Virus record (IMG/VR): IMGVR_UViG_3300049582_000032 | Span: 37,661 to 101,660 of that record | Strand: one strand, 5' to 3' | DNA from: a virus | DNA: 64,000 nucleotides | Part shown: in pieces, positions 17,506 through 26,763 of the stretch | How positions within the stretch are numbered: position 1 is the first letter of the stretch | Layout of the letters: each line of letters starts with the position of its first letter | Notes under the pieces: generated by a model | What the model was told of the DNA's origin: nothing | Database searches by the model: none | What the model saw: the letters and a program-made list of their open reading frames with translations, nothing else | Made by a program: the position numbers and the translations under genes

Positions 17506-18096
17506 ATGATTGTCTCCTTCGTCTCTAAATACCGCAAGGTCGGCAAGAACCATGCTTGCGAGACCATCGTCAAGAGCAAGGTAGCTGGCAAGGTGCAGTT
17601 GGTTGAGTTTACCTCGGCGCTGAAGGTGTGTGCCGATCTCTTCATGGACGAGAGCCACGACAAGCACAGCATTGTCCCATGGTTCGGTGTGTCAAAGATC
17701 GACGTTGTGAACGCGATCAGCGGGGCGCTTGAGAGGCTTCATCCTGAGATCCCGGTTATGAAGATCAAGGATGAGATCGAGCGGCTTGTCATCGACGGCT
17801 GGCACGTTCTTATCCCGGATGTTCGCAGGCAGCGTGAGTTCGAGTGGCTGGACATGATTGCCGAGCGTCATGGATTTGACCATCACATCCTTGAGGTTTT
17901 CCCCGTGGACAAAGAGGGGATGATGATGGACACATGGCAGAGCGCAACCGGAGAGCCGTGCGGTTATGAGGTCTGGAGGGACAGGCGGCGCTCCATCATC
18001 GCCAATGATGGGACGGAAGATTTCGATGCGTGGGCTGTTTCTGTATTCCGGTCTTTTTTGAGAGACACGGAAAAGCATAAACATGAGGAAGCATGA
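17506..18096 (+). CDS. Divergent deoxynucleoside monophosphate kinase-like protein
   Basis: Degenerate P-loop (KYRKVGKN), FTSALK.CADLF and VLIPDVR..REF motifs. Confidence 0.55.
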   Translation: MIVSFVSKYRKVGKNHACETIVKSKVAGKVQLVEFTSALKVCADLFMDESHDKHSIVPWFGVSKIDVVNAISGALERLHPEIPVMKIKDEIERLVIDGWHVLIPDVRRQREFEWLDMIAERHGFDHHILEVFPVDKEGMMMDTWQSATGEPCGYEVWRDRRRSIIANDGTEDFDAWAVSVFRSFLRDTEKHKHEEA

Positions 18097-18225
18097 TGAG
18101 CACACTAATTGTCAGCGTCTTAAGGAAAGACAGAGGCGATTGGCCGAACGCACGTTTGTTGGTTCACAATGATGGCGCTCATAATTTCGACAAGTGGATA
18201 TATGAACTGAAGACGGAGCTTTTTA

Positions 18226-18921
18226 GTGGCTAATCCGCTGGATAAGTACATGATTACAGACGCTGATCATGAGCGGCGTAAACGTGTTCTTGGGGGCAGT
18301 GACGCAACCATACTGGCGAAGGGGCGGCTGGATGACATCATCGATTTATGGAAGTTGAAGACTGGCTTGAAAAGCCCGAGCAAGGCGTTTCCTTCACTTG
18401 CCCAGCTTTTGGGAACAGCAACCGAGCAATTGAACGCCGACTATTTCGAGGCAAGCACAGGCAGGCTGGTATGGGGTAGGAGCACGAATCTCACGCACCC
18501 GGAACATCAGTGGCTCGGCTTGTCTGCTGACGGATTTACGAAATCGGATGACGGCAGAGACGCATATCTTGAATTCAAGTTCATATCATGGAACAAGGAT
18601 TTAAACAGACTGTATGAAGAACGCCGTTATGAGTTTGAAAATCTTATTAGGAGAAGGGCATGGGCGGAAGAGGTGATCCTACCAAGGATCTTTGATACCT
18701 ACTACGCACAGTGCCAACACGCGATGTTTGTAAGTGGTCTTGAAGTTGCAATACTCTGCCCTATAATCGGAAATGAGCAATACCCACGGGAGTTCGAGTT
18801 CGATCCAGAATATTTGGATGCTCTGTTCGATCTTGAACAGCGATTTTGGACGTTTGTAGAACTTAAGATAGAGCCAGATGAATCAGTCATGGGAGGAGTG
18901 AGTTTTGAACGAGCAGGATAG
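18226..18921 (+). CDS. YqaJ/lambda exonuclease-family protein
   Basis: RRKRVLGGSDA, LWKLKTG, SADG, LEFK and YYAQCQH motifs. Confidence 0.9.
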   Translation: MANPLDKYMITDADHERRKRVLGGSDATILAKGRLDDIIDLWKLKTGLKSPSKAFPSLAQLLGTATEQLNADYFEASTGRLVWGRSTNLTHPEHQWLGLSADGFTKSDDGRDAYLEFKFISWNKDLNRLYEERRYEFENLIRRRAWAEEVILPRIFDTYYAQCQHAMFVSGLEVAILCPIIGNEQYPREFEFDPEYLDALFDLEQRFWTFVELKIEPDESVMGGVSFERAG

Positions 18922-19147
18922 AAGTGATTTCTCGGATGCCTTCGATGAACTGAAGGACGAACTAAGCTATGCGGTCAAGGACCATGGGTTCGACGCGGCA
19001 TTTCGTGCACTGATTACACTAACTGCAATTCTTGCTTTGGAACTGTATGAGGATCATGCAGAGGCCAGCAAGGCAATGACAGAAATATTCTCCGAGGAAT
19101 CACTGGCTAGGCTTGTTTCCTTAACATCTATCAAAAGAATGAGTTGA
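18905..19147 (+). CDS. Hypothetical protein
   Basis: GGAGG RBS with TTG start. Confidence 0.5.
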   Translation: MNEQDRSDFSDAFDELKDELSYAVKDHGFDAAFRALITLTAILALELYEDHAEASKAMTEIFSEESLARLVSLTSIKRMS

Positions 19148-19172
19148 CATATACATCATTCTTTGGTAACAT
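19144..19172 (+). promoter_or_regulatory. Putative sigma70 promoter
   Basis: GAGTTGACA-N17-TAACAT upstream of ssb. Confidence 0.65.
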
Positions 19173-19210
19173 TTGGAACATCAACGGTATAGCGAAATTG
19201 GAGAAAAGAT

Positions 19211-19597
19211 ATGACGAACAAAGTTGAGCTTGAGGGGTTTGTTGGACAGGATGGAGAGATGAAAACTCTTCCTGGCGGTGCATCGGTTTTCAACTTCTCT
19301 ATTGCGACAACTGACTCGTGGAAAGATCGCAACACAGGGGAACAAAAGAAGGTAACGGAATGGCATCGTGTTGTCTGCTATGGAAAAGTTGCCGATGAAG
19401 TTGCCAGCTTTGTAAAAAAAGGGGCTTTGGTTTATGTTCGTGGAAAGCTCAAGAACCGCAGTTGGACAAATCCGTCTGGAGAAAGGCGAACGACTACCGA
19501 AGTCCAGGCATACGAGGTTTTGCAGAAGGAGCGCCACGCGGCAGGGTCAGGCTGGACGCGGCAGGCTGCCGATCTGGATGATACCGTACCCTTCTAG
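19211..19597 (+). CDS. ssb: Single-stranded DNA-binding protein
   Basis: NKVELEG.VGQD, TEWHRVV, KGALVYVRGKL and C-terminal DDTVPF. Confidence 0.95.
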   Translation: MTNKVELEGFVGQDGEMKTLPGGASVFNFSIATTDSWKDRNTGEQKKVTEWHRVVCYGKVADEVASFVKKGALVYVRGKLKNRSWTNPSGERRTTTEVQAYEVLQKERHAAGSGWTRQAADLDDTVPF

Positions 19598-19620
19598 CAT
19601 CTGACCGCTGGAGAGAAAGC

Positions 19621-20064
19621 ATGACGAAGCGCAACAAGTTGCAGAAGCATCTACGCAAGGCCATAAAGCAAGCCGAGAAGGCATGGTGGATGCACCTGCA
19701 AGTAGATACGAGTCCGGAGAATCTTGCCCTTGCCAAACAGTTACGTGATGTTGCTGATTTGCTTGTAAGCGCTTCGTCTGATGTCCATGCACCCCCAGTG
19801 AACACTGGCGGTCCTGGATACGAGATCATCACAGACCCGGAGGTTGCCAAGACCAAGCTTGCCATGCTCGCCGCCGAACATGACGGACACAATTTTCTGA
19901 CGATGACCGAGGAGGAAGCAGAGCCATACACGAAGGAAGCTTCCATATGGGTGACGTGGCACGTAAGGGACAGTAAGCCGCTTGTGTTCCCTCCAAAGAG
20001 CGTGATGCTTACAGAGAATGGTGGGCTTGTAGTCGAGTGCAGGGAATTGCCGGAAAATGGGTAA
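19621..20064 (+). CDS. Hypothetical protein
   Basis: GGAGAG RBS; overlaps the methyltransferase start. Confidence 0.6.
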   Translation: MTKRNKLQKHLRKAIKQAEKAWWMHLQVDTSPENLALAKQLRDVADLLVSASSDVHAPPVNTGGPGYEIITDPEVAKTKLAMLAAEHDGHNFLTMTEEEAEPYTKEASIWVTWHVRDSKPLVFPPKSVMLTENGGLVVECRELPENG

Positions 20065-20677
20065 GCGGGCATTCCAGGAAGCATTCAGCGGGGAATTCGA
20101 TAGGGTAGAGAGAGATTTCTACCCTACTCCCGCAAGCGCTGTTGATCCACTGTTGCCGTTCTTGGAGTACGAAAGAAAGTCAGGTGACTTCCTTGGATGG
20201 TCCGAGCCTTGTGTTGGTGGCGGGGCTATAGTTGATGCTCTTAAGTCAAGTTATCCGAACATGGTTTTCTCGTGTGATATCGAACCAACCGGGAAAGCAA
20301 GACCGTATTCCGATTTATGCAACTGCCATGAGATTACGGAAGACATATGCCTTGAGTGCGGAATAGATGTCTTCATCACCAATCCGCCGTGGCCTGCCAA
20401 GTTCCTAAAAGGCGAGCCAACTACTGGCATCATCAAGCACCTGTCAGGTCTCAGGCCAAGCTGGTTTCTGCTTTCCGCAGATATCGCCCACAACGGATAC
20501 ATGGCTCATCTGTTGCAGAGATGTACGCACATCGTTTCCGTTGGCCGCGTGAAATGGATACCTGGAAGCAAGAACACTGGCGTTGACAACTGCGCTTGGT
20601 ATCGGTTCGACGCCAAGGAGTCCCCAACGGTCCCAAGGTTTTATGGGAGGGGAATTGTCCCCCCTAGTGCAGTCTGA
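20057..20677 (+). CDS. Phage-type amino (N6-adenine) DNA methyltransferase
   Basis: RDFYPTP, EPCVGGG (motif I) and ITNPPW (motif IV); no partner restriction enzyme recognised. Confidence 0.85.
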   Translation: MGKRAFQEAFSGEFDRVERDFYPTPASAVDPLLPFLEYERKSGDFLGWSEPCVGGGAIVDALKSSYPNMVFSCDIEPTGKARPYSDLCNCHEITEDICLECGIDVFITNPPWPAKFLKGEPTTGIIKHLSGLRPSWFLLSADIAHNGYMAHLLQRCTHIVSVGRVKWIPGSKNTGVDNCAWYRFDAKESPTVPRFYGRGIVPPSAV

Positions 20678-20873
20678 GATCGGCTCCTGTCGAGTAGCCA
20701 AGCAGGTTGAGCAGGAACACGATCACCACGATAACGGCGACGATCACAACCAGCACGTTCAGTAGCTGCTTTATCTTCGGGTCCATCGGCAAATAGGTAT
20801 TCACAGCCCACAGAGCAACGCCAACCAGAATGATGACGATAACAAGCGTAAGCAGCGACATCCCAGGCTCCAT
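20664..20873 (-). CDS. Small two-TM membrane protein (Thivi_2564-like)
   Basis: LVGVALWAVNTYLPMDPKIKQLLNVLVV pattern. Confidence 0.7.
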   Translation of the reverse strand: MEPGMSLLTLVIVIILVGVALWAVNTYLPMDPKIKQLLNVLVVIVAVIVVIVFLLNLLGYSTGADLRLH

Positions 20874-20925
20874 CGGAAAACGCCAAGCATAGACCCAAAT
20901 CGTGGATCACGTCAAGGAAAGAAAA

Positions 20926-21768
20926 ATGACTGGAAAATGTAGCGTTGAGAGGTGCGATAGACCTGTTAGGGTCAAGTCTCGTGGATGGTGCTCAATGCAT
21001 TACCAGAAGTGGCATAGGCACGGAGACCCGCTTGGTCTTGCTATCCGTGAGGAGCGGAAGTGCTCAGTGGATGGTTGCGGTCGGAGACATAAAGGCAAGA
21101 GTTTCTGTGAGAAACATTTAAGGATATACAATAACCATGGAGACCCGTTAGGCGGAAGGCAGAAGTTTGTTGGTTATGGCCTAACATGCAGCATTGAAGG
21201 GTGCTACCGGGAACATCGAAGTAACGGTTATTGTGAGGCACACTACAAGAGGGCCAGAAAGTATGGCTCGCCGCTTTCTGGAAAAACTTACAAGGGTCAG
21301 TTGCCTAAGTGGATAGATGAGAACGCGCATTATGCTTCTGATGAATGTCTTATATGGCCATATTCTAAATCAAAGCAAGGCTATGGGCAGATTAAAGTAG
21401 GCGGAGTGATGCAAAGTGTACATGTTATAATGTGTAAGAGGACACATGGCCCAAAACCTACACCTGATCATGTAGCGAGGCATCTGTGCGGGAACGGCCA
21501 CCTTGGGTGCGTAAACCCAAAGCATCTAGTATGGGGCACGATGAAAGAAAACAATGCAGACATGATGATACATGGCACATCAAGAAGAGGCATCGGTACA
21601 TATGCATCTCAACTAACAGAAAATGACGTGCTTAACATAGTCGATATGATTAACTATGGCATGAAAAAAGTAGACATTACGAATCAACTCGGCATACCTG
21701 CTTCTGTAATATATAGAATCAGCTATGGAGGAGCTTGGTCATGGCTGACTGGCAGGAAAAACAGATGA
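20926..21768 (+). CDS. HNH endonuclease with three N-terminal CxxxxC...CxxH repeats and a C-terminal HTH
   Basis: ECLIW, RHLCGNGHLGCVNPKHLVWGTMKEN. Confidence 0.85.
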   Translation: MTGKCSVERCDRPVRVKSRGWCSMHYQKWHRHGDPLGLAIREERKCSVDGCGRRHKGKSFCEKHLRIYNNHGDPLGGRQKFVGYGLTCSIEGCYREHRSNGYCEAHYKRARKYGSPLSGKTYKGQLPKWIDENAHYASDECLIWPYSKSKQGYGQIKVGGVMQSVHVIMCKRTHGPKPTPDHVARHLCGNGHLGCVNPKHLVWGTMKENNADMMIHGTSRRGIGTYASQLTENDVLNIVDMINYGMKKVDITNQLGIPASVIYRISYGGAWSWLTGRKNR

Positions 21769-21771
21769 TAG

Positions 21772-21803
21772 GCCGGGCTCTATCAAGACACCGAGAGCCC
21801 GGC
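21772..21803. terminator. Hairpin between convergent genes
   Basis: GCCGGGCTCT...AGAGCCCGGC 10-bp stem. Confidence 0.6.
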
Positions 21804-21810
21804 TGCTATA

Positions 21811-22383
21811 CTACGAGATCAGAACGTCTGTGCTTATGTGAACTTGGTATTCCCACGTGCCATCGTTCCCGTAATCCCCAACCTCATAGACAAGTTCATT
21901 AGCCTTGTTATATTCATATACGAAGCGGTCTTGCCATTCGAAATTTCCGTCACCTTCTCCATCGTATTCCGTAAGGCGCTCGATGACGTTTCCTCTTTTG
22001 TCGAGAGTCACGGTGCTGCGATAGGCGCTATCGAAATCAAGTTGCCCGTCGTTTTCTCCGTCATTGTCATACTGTGTAAGTTCGGAAACCTGGACGCCCT
22101 TCTTGAATTCGTATTCAGACACAGAACGCCAGTCAACAACGCCGTCGCCTGTATAGTCGCCTTGGTTGACGGCCTTGATTATATTTCCTTTGCGGTCGAA
22201 CGTGTTATCCGTCCACGCCGAGTAATCTATTGTTCCATTCATATCATAATCTTGCGCCCATTTGTACTGTATCTGGTTCCCTTTTCTGTCGAAAGTAGTT
22301 GTTTCATAGGCAACACTGTCGGTTACTCCATCACCGTTATGATCGTACGAGTATGTCTTTGTGACTGTTTTGTTTCTTGCCAT
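21811..22383 (-). CDS. Acidic YD-like/Dx[DN]xDG repeat protein (third paralog)
   Basis: DHNGDGVTD, FDRKGNQI, DYTGDGVVD, DGEGDGNFE and DYGNDGTWE; AGGAG RBS; promoter TTGACG-N18-TAAAAT at 22434-22463. Confidence 0.75.
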   Translation of the reverse strand: MARNKTVTKTYSYDHNGDGVTDSVAYETTTFDRKGNQIQYKWAQDYDMNGTIDYSAWTDNTFDRKGNIIKAVNQGDYTGDGVVDWRSVSEYEFKKGVQVSELTQYDNDGENDGQLDFDSAYRSTVTLDKRGNVIERLTEYDGEGDGNFEWQDRFVYEYNKANELVYEVGDYGNDGTWEYQVHISTDVLIS

Positions 22384-22530
22384 CTGAATGCTCCTGATAA
22401 TAAAAATCAATCACAGGTAGATTGACAGCTACTATTTTACACCTATAGGAAAATGCACGTCAAGAAGAAGATGTCTTGAAGATAAGGCATCAGCCAAGGC
22501 CCCCGCAGCGTCACCCCATCCATAAAAGAG

Positions 22531-22559
22531 TTGACATGGCCAATGCAGCATGGTAGGGT
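22531..22559 (+). promoter_or_regulatory. Putative sigma70 promoter
   Basis: AAGAGTTGACA-N17-TAGGGT. Confidence 0.6.
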
Positions 22560-22586
22560 TGCTCTATCAGAACATGGAGAGACAGC

Positions 22587-23027
22587 ATGAAATTTAACCA
22601 AACACTTACCGTTGAGTTCATGGGGCCTGAGCCACGGCAAGCAACGCCAGGGGCAGCGGCCTTCGATCTGGTAGCGGATATCAATGAAGAGATTGAAGCC
22701 CCCTACTTCGAGTCAATCATCGTGCCAACAGGAACCGCCGTCGCTATACCTTACGGATATGCTGGCCTGATCCTGCCGAGATCGGGCTTATCCAGGGACG
22801 GCCTTGTGATTTGCAACTCTCCTGGCTTGATCGACAGCGACTACAGGGGGGTGATTGGAATCATCGTGAAGCGGCGGTGGCTCTTTAAGAGCATGAAGGT
22901 AAAGCCGCAAATGCGACTGGCTCAGCTTCTAATCATCCCTGTGCAGCAAGTGGCGTTTGAGCGCGTCACAAGCTTGACACTTACAGTGCGTGGTTCGGGT
23001 GGTTTTGGAAGCACGGGAGAGACATAA
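22587..23027 (+). CDS. dut: Trimeric dUTPase
   Basis: AAAFDL, PRSGL, GLIDSDYRG, RLAQL and RGSGGFGSTG. Confidence 0.95.
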   Translation: MKFNQTLTVEFMGPEPRQATPGAAAFDLVADINEEIEAPYFESIIVPTGTAVAIPYGYAGLILPRSGLSRDGLVICNSPGLIDSDYRGVIGIIVKRRWLFKSMKVKPQMRLAQLLIIPVQQVAFERVTSLTLTVRGSGGFGSTGET

Positions 23028-23344
23028 TGGAACCGCTGAAGCTCATTGAAAAGAGTGAAAGTTGCGTTTGTGGGGGAATTTTTCCACCAGGATACGAAAC
23101 TATTGGAATTGTTAGTGTCCTAGCCGTTATGGCTCTTGTGTTTATCTTTGGAATGTGGATTTACGGAACTTCCATTAATAGAGCACATAAGAGGTGGTTC
23201 AAAGGCTACGATGCTGGCAGAAACTATGCAAAGAATGTCAATAAGCTTCACCCGGAAGTGCTAAGCAATCTCCATGATAAGGAGTTCATGGCAGGCTTCC
23301 TGAAAGGCTACAATAGCAACCTATTTCCCGAAAGGCTACAATAG
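23027..23344 (+). CDS. Membrane hypothetical protein
   Basis: One TM helix; coupled to dut. Confidence 0.55.
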   Translation: MEPLKLIEKSESCVCGGIFPPGYETIGIVSVLAVMALVFIFGMWIYGTSINRAHKRWFKGYDAGRNYAKNVNKLHPEVLSNLHDKEFMAGFLKGYNSNLFPERLQ

Positions 23345-23352
23345 CAACCTAT
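23297..23352. repeat. 28-bp tandem duplication (one mismatch)
   Basis: TTCC[T/C]GAAAGGCTACAATAGCAACCTAT twice. Confidence 0.9.
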
Positions 23353-23479
23353 AGAGGCCAAACATAATCTAAAAAATCCCCCCTTGGTCCATACCTTGGG
23401 GGGAAATCCTCGCATATGACGCGAGGTAGGCGGGGCGGGTCGCTGAAGCAATAACGATACCGCCTCGCATTCGCCCCTG

Positions 23480-23992
23480 TCAAGCAAGATTTTCGTCGGT
23501 AGCGCGCTTGCGTTTGGCGCTAGCCTGTTTCTTCTCTTCAAGACGCCTGTACGCTTCCTTGGCCTCATCCCAATTCTCCGGTAGAGGAACACCCATGTCG
23601 GTTGCAGCCTTCTCCAGTGCAGGCACATGGCTTGGCATAATCCTTACTGATCTCTTGGACATGCTCTTGAGCGATGCGATAGGGATACCGGAAGCCTCAT
23701 GAAGCTCCTGCCAGCCTCCATATGTTCGCGCCAAGGCCGTGATGAACCGATTGAGCGCTGTCGCCCCCAGCCTCTGGTAAAGCTGCTTGGAAGTGAGCAC
23801 TTCTTCCGGGACATCCGTTACACCCTTGTCGTTCGCCAGGGCAATGAGACCTGCCTTGTATCGTTCAAAGAAACCGTTCCTGATCTGGTTTGAAATGTTC
23901 GTATGTCCGGACTTGCCAAGCGCCTTGGCGACGGCTACAGAACCGCCCAGGTCCGTGATGAACTTCTTCCTTTGTAACTGCTCGTGATCCAC
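23480..23992 (-). CDS. Transcriptional regulator with two Cro-like HTH repeats
   Basis: FITDLGGSVAVAKALG and YGGWQELHEASGIPIASLKSM; divergent from erf. Confidence 0.6.
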   Translation of the reverse strand: MDHEQLQRKKFITDLGGSVAVAKALGKSGHTNISNQIRNGFFERYKAGLIALANDKGVTDVPEEVLTSKQLYQRLGATALNRFITALARTYGGWQELHEASGIPIASLKSMSKRSVRIMPSHVPALEKAATDMGVPLPENWDEAKEAYRRLEEKKQASAKRKRATDENLA

Positions 23993-24033
23993 TTCTTGAT
24001 CTCTCCCTCATGCATGAGTTGTCCGATCCTCGC

Positions 24034-24099
24034 TCTATACACCATCCCATATGTCAAGTCAAGAATTGTGTTGACATTTCTGTTCGTGTCGGTTAGGCT
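24034..24099. promoter_or_regulatory. Back-to-back divergent promoters
   Basis: Minus strand TTGACT-N17-TATAGA (24062-24034); plus strand TTGACA-N17-TAGGCT (24071-24099). Confidence 0.6.
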
Positions 24100-24138
24100 T
24101 CGGTAGATAGAGAACCATCAAAACCAAGGAGTTGCAAC

Positions 24139-25017
24139 ATGGATGGCGCTTTGGAGCCGGCCTACGGGTTTCTGACAGTTACCGAGATTGGTGAGGTCGA
24201 GAAGCTTTATCCTATCCTTATGGCTGCACAAGCCGAGTTGCCGAAGATTGAGTTGAACGGGAAAGGACAGGTGGGAACTAGGAAATACAAGTACGCAACA
24301 CTGCCGAACATTCTTGAAAAGATCCCCCCTGTTCTAAGGGATCACGGCTTGCTCTATCGAGAGACGATTTTGCCCGTCACTGATCTTGGTGTGCTATACC
24401 TCAGAGCCGAACTGATCCATGTTGGGACAAAAGAAGCTCCAGGATCGTTTGCAAGGCTCGTGTCGCACTACCCTGTGTGCTCACTGGCAGAGAGGAACCA
24501 GCAGGAGATAGGAAAAGCCATTACGTATTCCAGACGCTACACGATGTCGCCCATGTTGGGAATCGTTGTAGAAGAGGATACAGATGGTGAAGGTGCCCCA
24601 ACGGGAGATGATCCCAAACCATCATACAAGCCCGTAGCAAAACAGTCGGCAGTGGAACGTAAAGCAGCGGCTAAAGCCGAGGAACTGCCTGCACCAGATC
24701 CTGAGACAGGAGAGGTAGTTCCAGTCGAAAACCCTGACGTTACGCTAGGCAAGGAACTGCTGGCAACTGCCAAGAAGGATTCACTTGTACTGGAGGAGAT
24801 CACAGCGGCACAGGACAGGGTAAAGCTCATCGTTGCCGATAGCGCGCGCAATGCCCTGGAAACAGCGTTACTCATCCGCTCGTTCCTGACTGAGCAAACA
24901 CATGACGCCATGGAACTTGCGAGAGATCAGTTGCCGAACCTACCAAAACATTGGAAGCCTGACTTCAAGAAGCTTATCGATAAGCGCGAAGCTGAGATCA
25001 AGAAGGGTACAGCATGA
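24139..25017 (+). CDS. erf: ERF-family single-strand annealing protein
   Basis: YKYATL, QEIGKAITYSRRY.....GI..EEDTDG signature. Confidence 0.9.
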   Translation: MDGALEPAYGFLTVTEIGEVEKLYPILMAAQAELPKIELNGKGQVGTRKYKYATLPNILEKIPPVLRDHGLLYRETILPVTDLGVLYLRAELIHVGTKEAPGSFARLVSHYPVCSLAERNQQEIGKAITYSRRYTMSPMLGIVVEEDTDGEGAPTGDDPKPSYKPVAKQSAVERKAAAKAEELPAPDPETGEVVPVENPDVTLGKELLATAKKDSLVLEEITAAQDRVKLIVADSARNALETALLIRSFLTEQTHDAMELARDQLPNLPKHWKPDFKKLIDKREAEIKKGTA

Positions 25018-25559
25018 GCCGCAACAAGAAAACTGGCATTTGGGCAAGATATCAAGACGGCTGGTTTATCCCGTTCTCAGGGGAATGTACTGATCGCTCC
25101 CTTGAGGACGGAAAGGTTTACCGTATCAAGATAGACGAGCAACGCTACTGGCCACGGCATGAGTGGTTTATGGCTTTCGTTCGGGAGGCATGGGAGAGCC
25201 TTCCAGATGAGGAGCACAACAAGTACCGGAATGCAGATCATTTCCGCAAGCGTATGCTGATCGCAGCCGGATACGCCACAGTGCAGAAAATGCCAATGCC
25301 ATCAGAGGAAGCGGCCACAATGATGGCGACATATCTAGGAAAGCTTACGGATGACTACAGCATCGTGACAACGGCTCAGAATGTCGTGATCGTGATGACG
25401 GCAAAGAGTCAATCCTTGGGCGATGTCGGGAAACCAACAGGTATGGAAAATGAGGAGGAGTTCAAACGTTCATGTAACGATGTAGTCGAGTGCATAGCGA
25501 GATTGTACGGCATAACACCAGATACGATAGCTAGATATAGGAACGGGCGCGACAGATGA
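25014..25559 (+). CDS. NinB/DUF1367-like recombination accessory protein
   Basis: R....HEWFMA..REAW, DHFRKRMLIAAGY and AKSQS...M..EEF; coupled to erf. Confidence 0.65.
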   Translation: MSRNKKTGIWARYQDGWFIPFSGECTDRSLEDGKVYRIKIDEQRYWPRHEWFMAFVREAWESLPDEEHNKYRNADHFRKRMLIAAGYATVQKMPMPSEEAATMMATYLGKLTDDYSIVTTAQNVVIVMTAKSQSLGDVGKPTGMENEEEFKRSCNDVVECIARLYGITPDTIARYRNGRDR

Positions 25560-25795
25560 AATCTGACAGAAGCGCAATCCATTCTCTCGATGATGCGCTG
25601 ATAGTGCTCGTTGAGCTTATTAAGTTTACACAAGAATTATACGATGTGGCAGGAAAGGAGGACAGAATGGAATACGAAACCATACTAAACAACTTACGAC
25701 GGGCGCATGTTTCTTTGGTTCTCAAATGGGCCAAGGAACATGGGTTTACAGAAAACACATTAGATGGAGTTGTTGGTAGCAATGAAGAGAACTAA
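25556..25795 (+). CDS. Hypothetical protein
   Basis: ATGA-coupled. Confidence 0.55.
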   Translation: MKSDRSAIHSLDDALIVLVELIKFTQELYDVAGKEDRMEYETILNNLRRAHVSLVLKWAKEHGFTENTLDGVVGSNEEN

Positions 25796-26408
25796 CGAAG
25801 AGGTTTACAAAACCGGACAGGAATATGGTGTGGAGTTAGGAAGACACAGAAAGGACTACGGCATAAGAAACGTTTCTGACGCTATGGATGCCTTGAGTAA
25901 GAAAGGTGACACTCTTGGACTCTCCAGGGAAGATAGGCGAGAGTTCAATATGGGATTCTTCAACACGTTTGACCGCGCCAGAGAGCATGGCGTACAAGAG
26001 AAAGGCATCATCGCGAAGTCCGTTGAAAGAGCCAAGAACTGGATGGGCTTGGGCAGCATCAAGACCGAACCGCACGAGATCCACAAGCGGGAGCCTAAGT
26101 ACGATACCGCCGTTCTTGCCAAGTCACAGGAGCGTACACATCAGGACAACAAGCTAAACCCGTATATGGTCCGACCGGGCGACGTTAGGCCACAAACAGC
26201 GGAGCAGTCCAAGGCGTATGAAAGGCGTCTTGAAGTTGAAGGCAAAGCACAGGCCGCGAAGCAGGCCAAGCTTGCAAACGACATCGCTGCAATGCCTCAG
26301 CATAATGGCATGATCCGTGATAGTACCACTGGCGCAGGAGTGACACCCAGGGAACATGATCGCGCCATGAAGCGGCTGGAGATGGAGAACCGCAACCGCA
26401 CAATGTAG
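25782..26408 (+). CDS. Hypothetical charged protein
   Basis: Long ORF ending RLEMENRNRTM. Confidence 0.65.
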   Translation: MKRTNEEVYKTGQEYGVELGRHRKDYGIRNVSDAMDALSKKGDTLGLSREDRREFNMGFFNTFDRAREHGVQEKGIIAKSVERAKNWMGLGSIKTEPHEIHKREPKYDTAVLAKSQERTHQDNKLNPYMVRPGDVRPQTAEQSKAYERRLEVEGKAQAAKQAKLANDIAAMPQHNGMIRDSTTGAGVTPREHDRAMKRLEMENRNRTM

Positions 26409-26429
26409 ACACATCACAAACATAAAGAC

Positions 26430-26458
26430 TTGACATAAGGGCTGCACTCGTATAGTGT
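26430..26458 (+). promoter_or_regulatory. Putative sigma70 promoter
   Basis: CTTGACA-N17-TAGTGT. Confidence 0.6.
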
Positions 26459-26559
26459 GGCCCTTAATAATTTGTGGTAAGGGCCGCTGAGATGATAGAG
26501 TTCTTTTGGGACTTCGTTGCTATTATTGCAATCCTGATTGTATTAGGGAGTCTGATCGC

Positions 26560-26763
26560 ATGGGTAAGCCTGAAGATCCTAACAAAATGACGCTAGCCTC
26601 GTATGGTGGGTGCTATATTGTTCTTGCGGTTGCAATGAGAATGCTTATGTTGCTTGCGAATGATCCAGACATAGAGAGAGCGTTTAGCATGTTGACGTGG
26701 ACATGCGCGATGAGTGCATCACCATTTGTAATTGGTGAAATGCTTGGACTGGAGGGAGAGTAA
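26560..26763 (+). CDS. Small two-TM protein
   Basis: AGGGAG RBS; two hydrophobic segments. Confidence 0.5.
   Translation: MGKPEDPNKMTLASYGGCYIVLAVAMRMLMLLANDPDIERAFSMLTWTCAMSASPFVIGEMLGLEGE

Noticed and set aside
20057-21768. Bona fide type II restriction-modification system
   Set aside because: The methyltransferase is a common orphan phage type, the HNH looks like a homing endonuclease, and an opposite-strand membrane gene separates them.
23297-23352. CRISPR mini-array
   Set aside because: Two directly adjacent units with no spacer and no cas genes.
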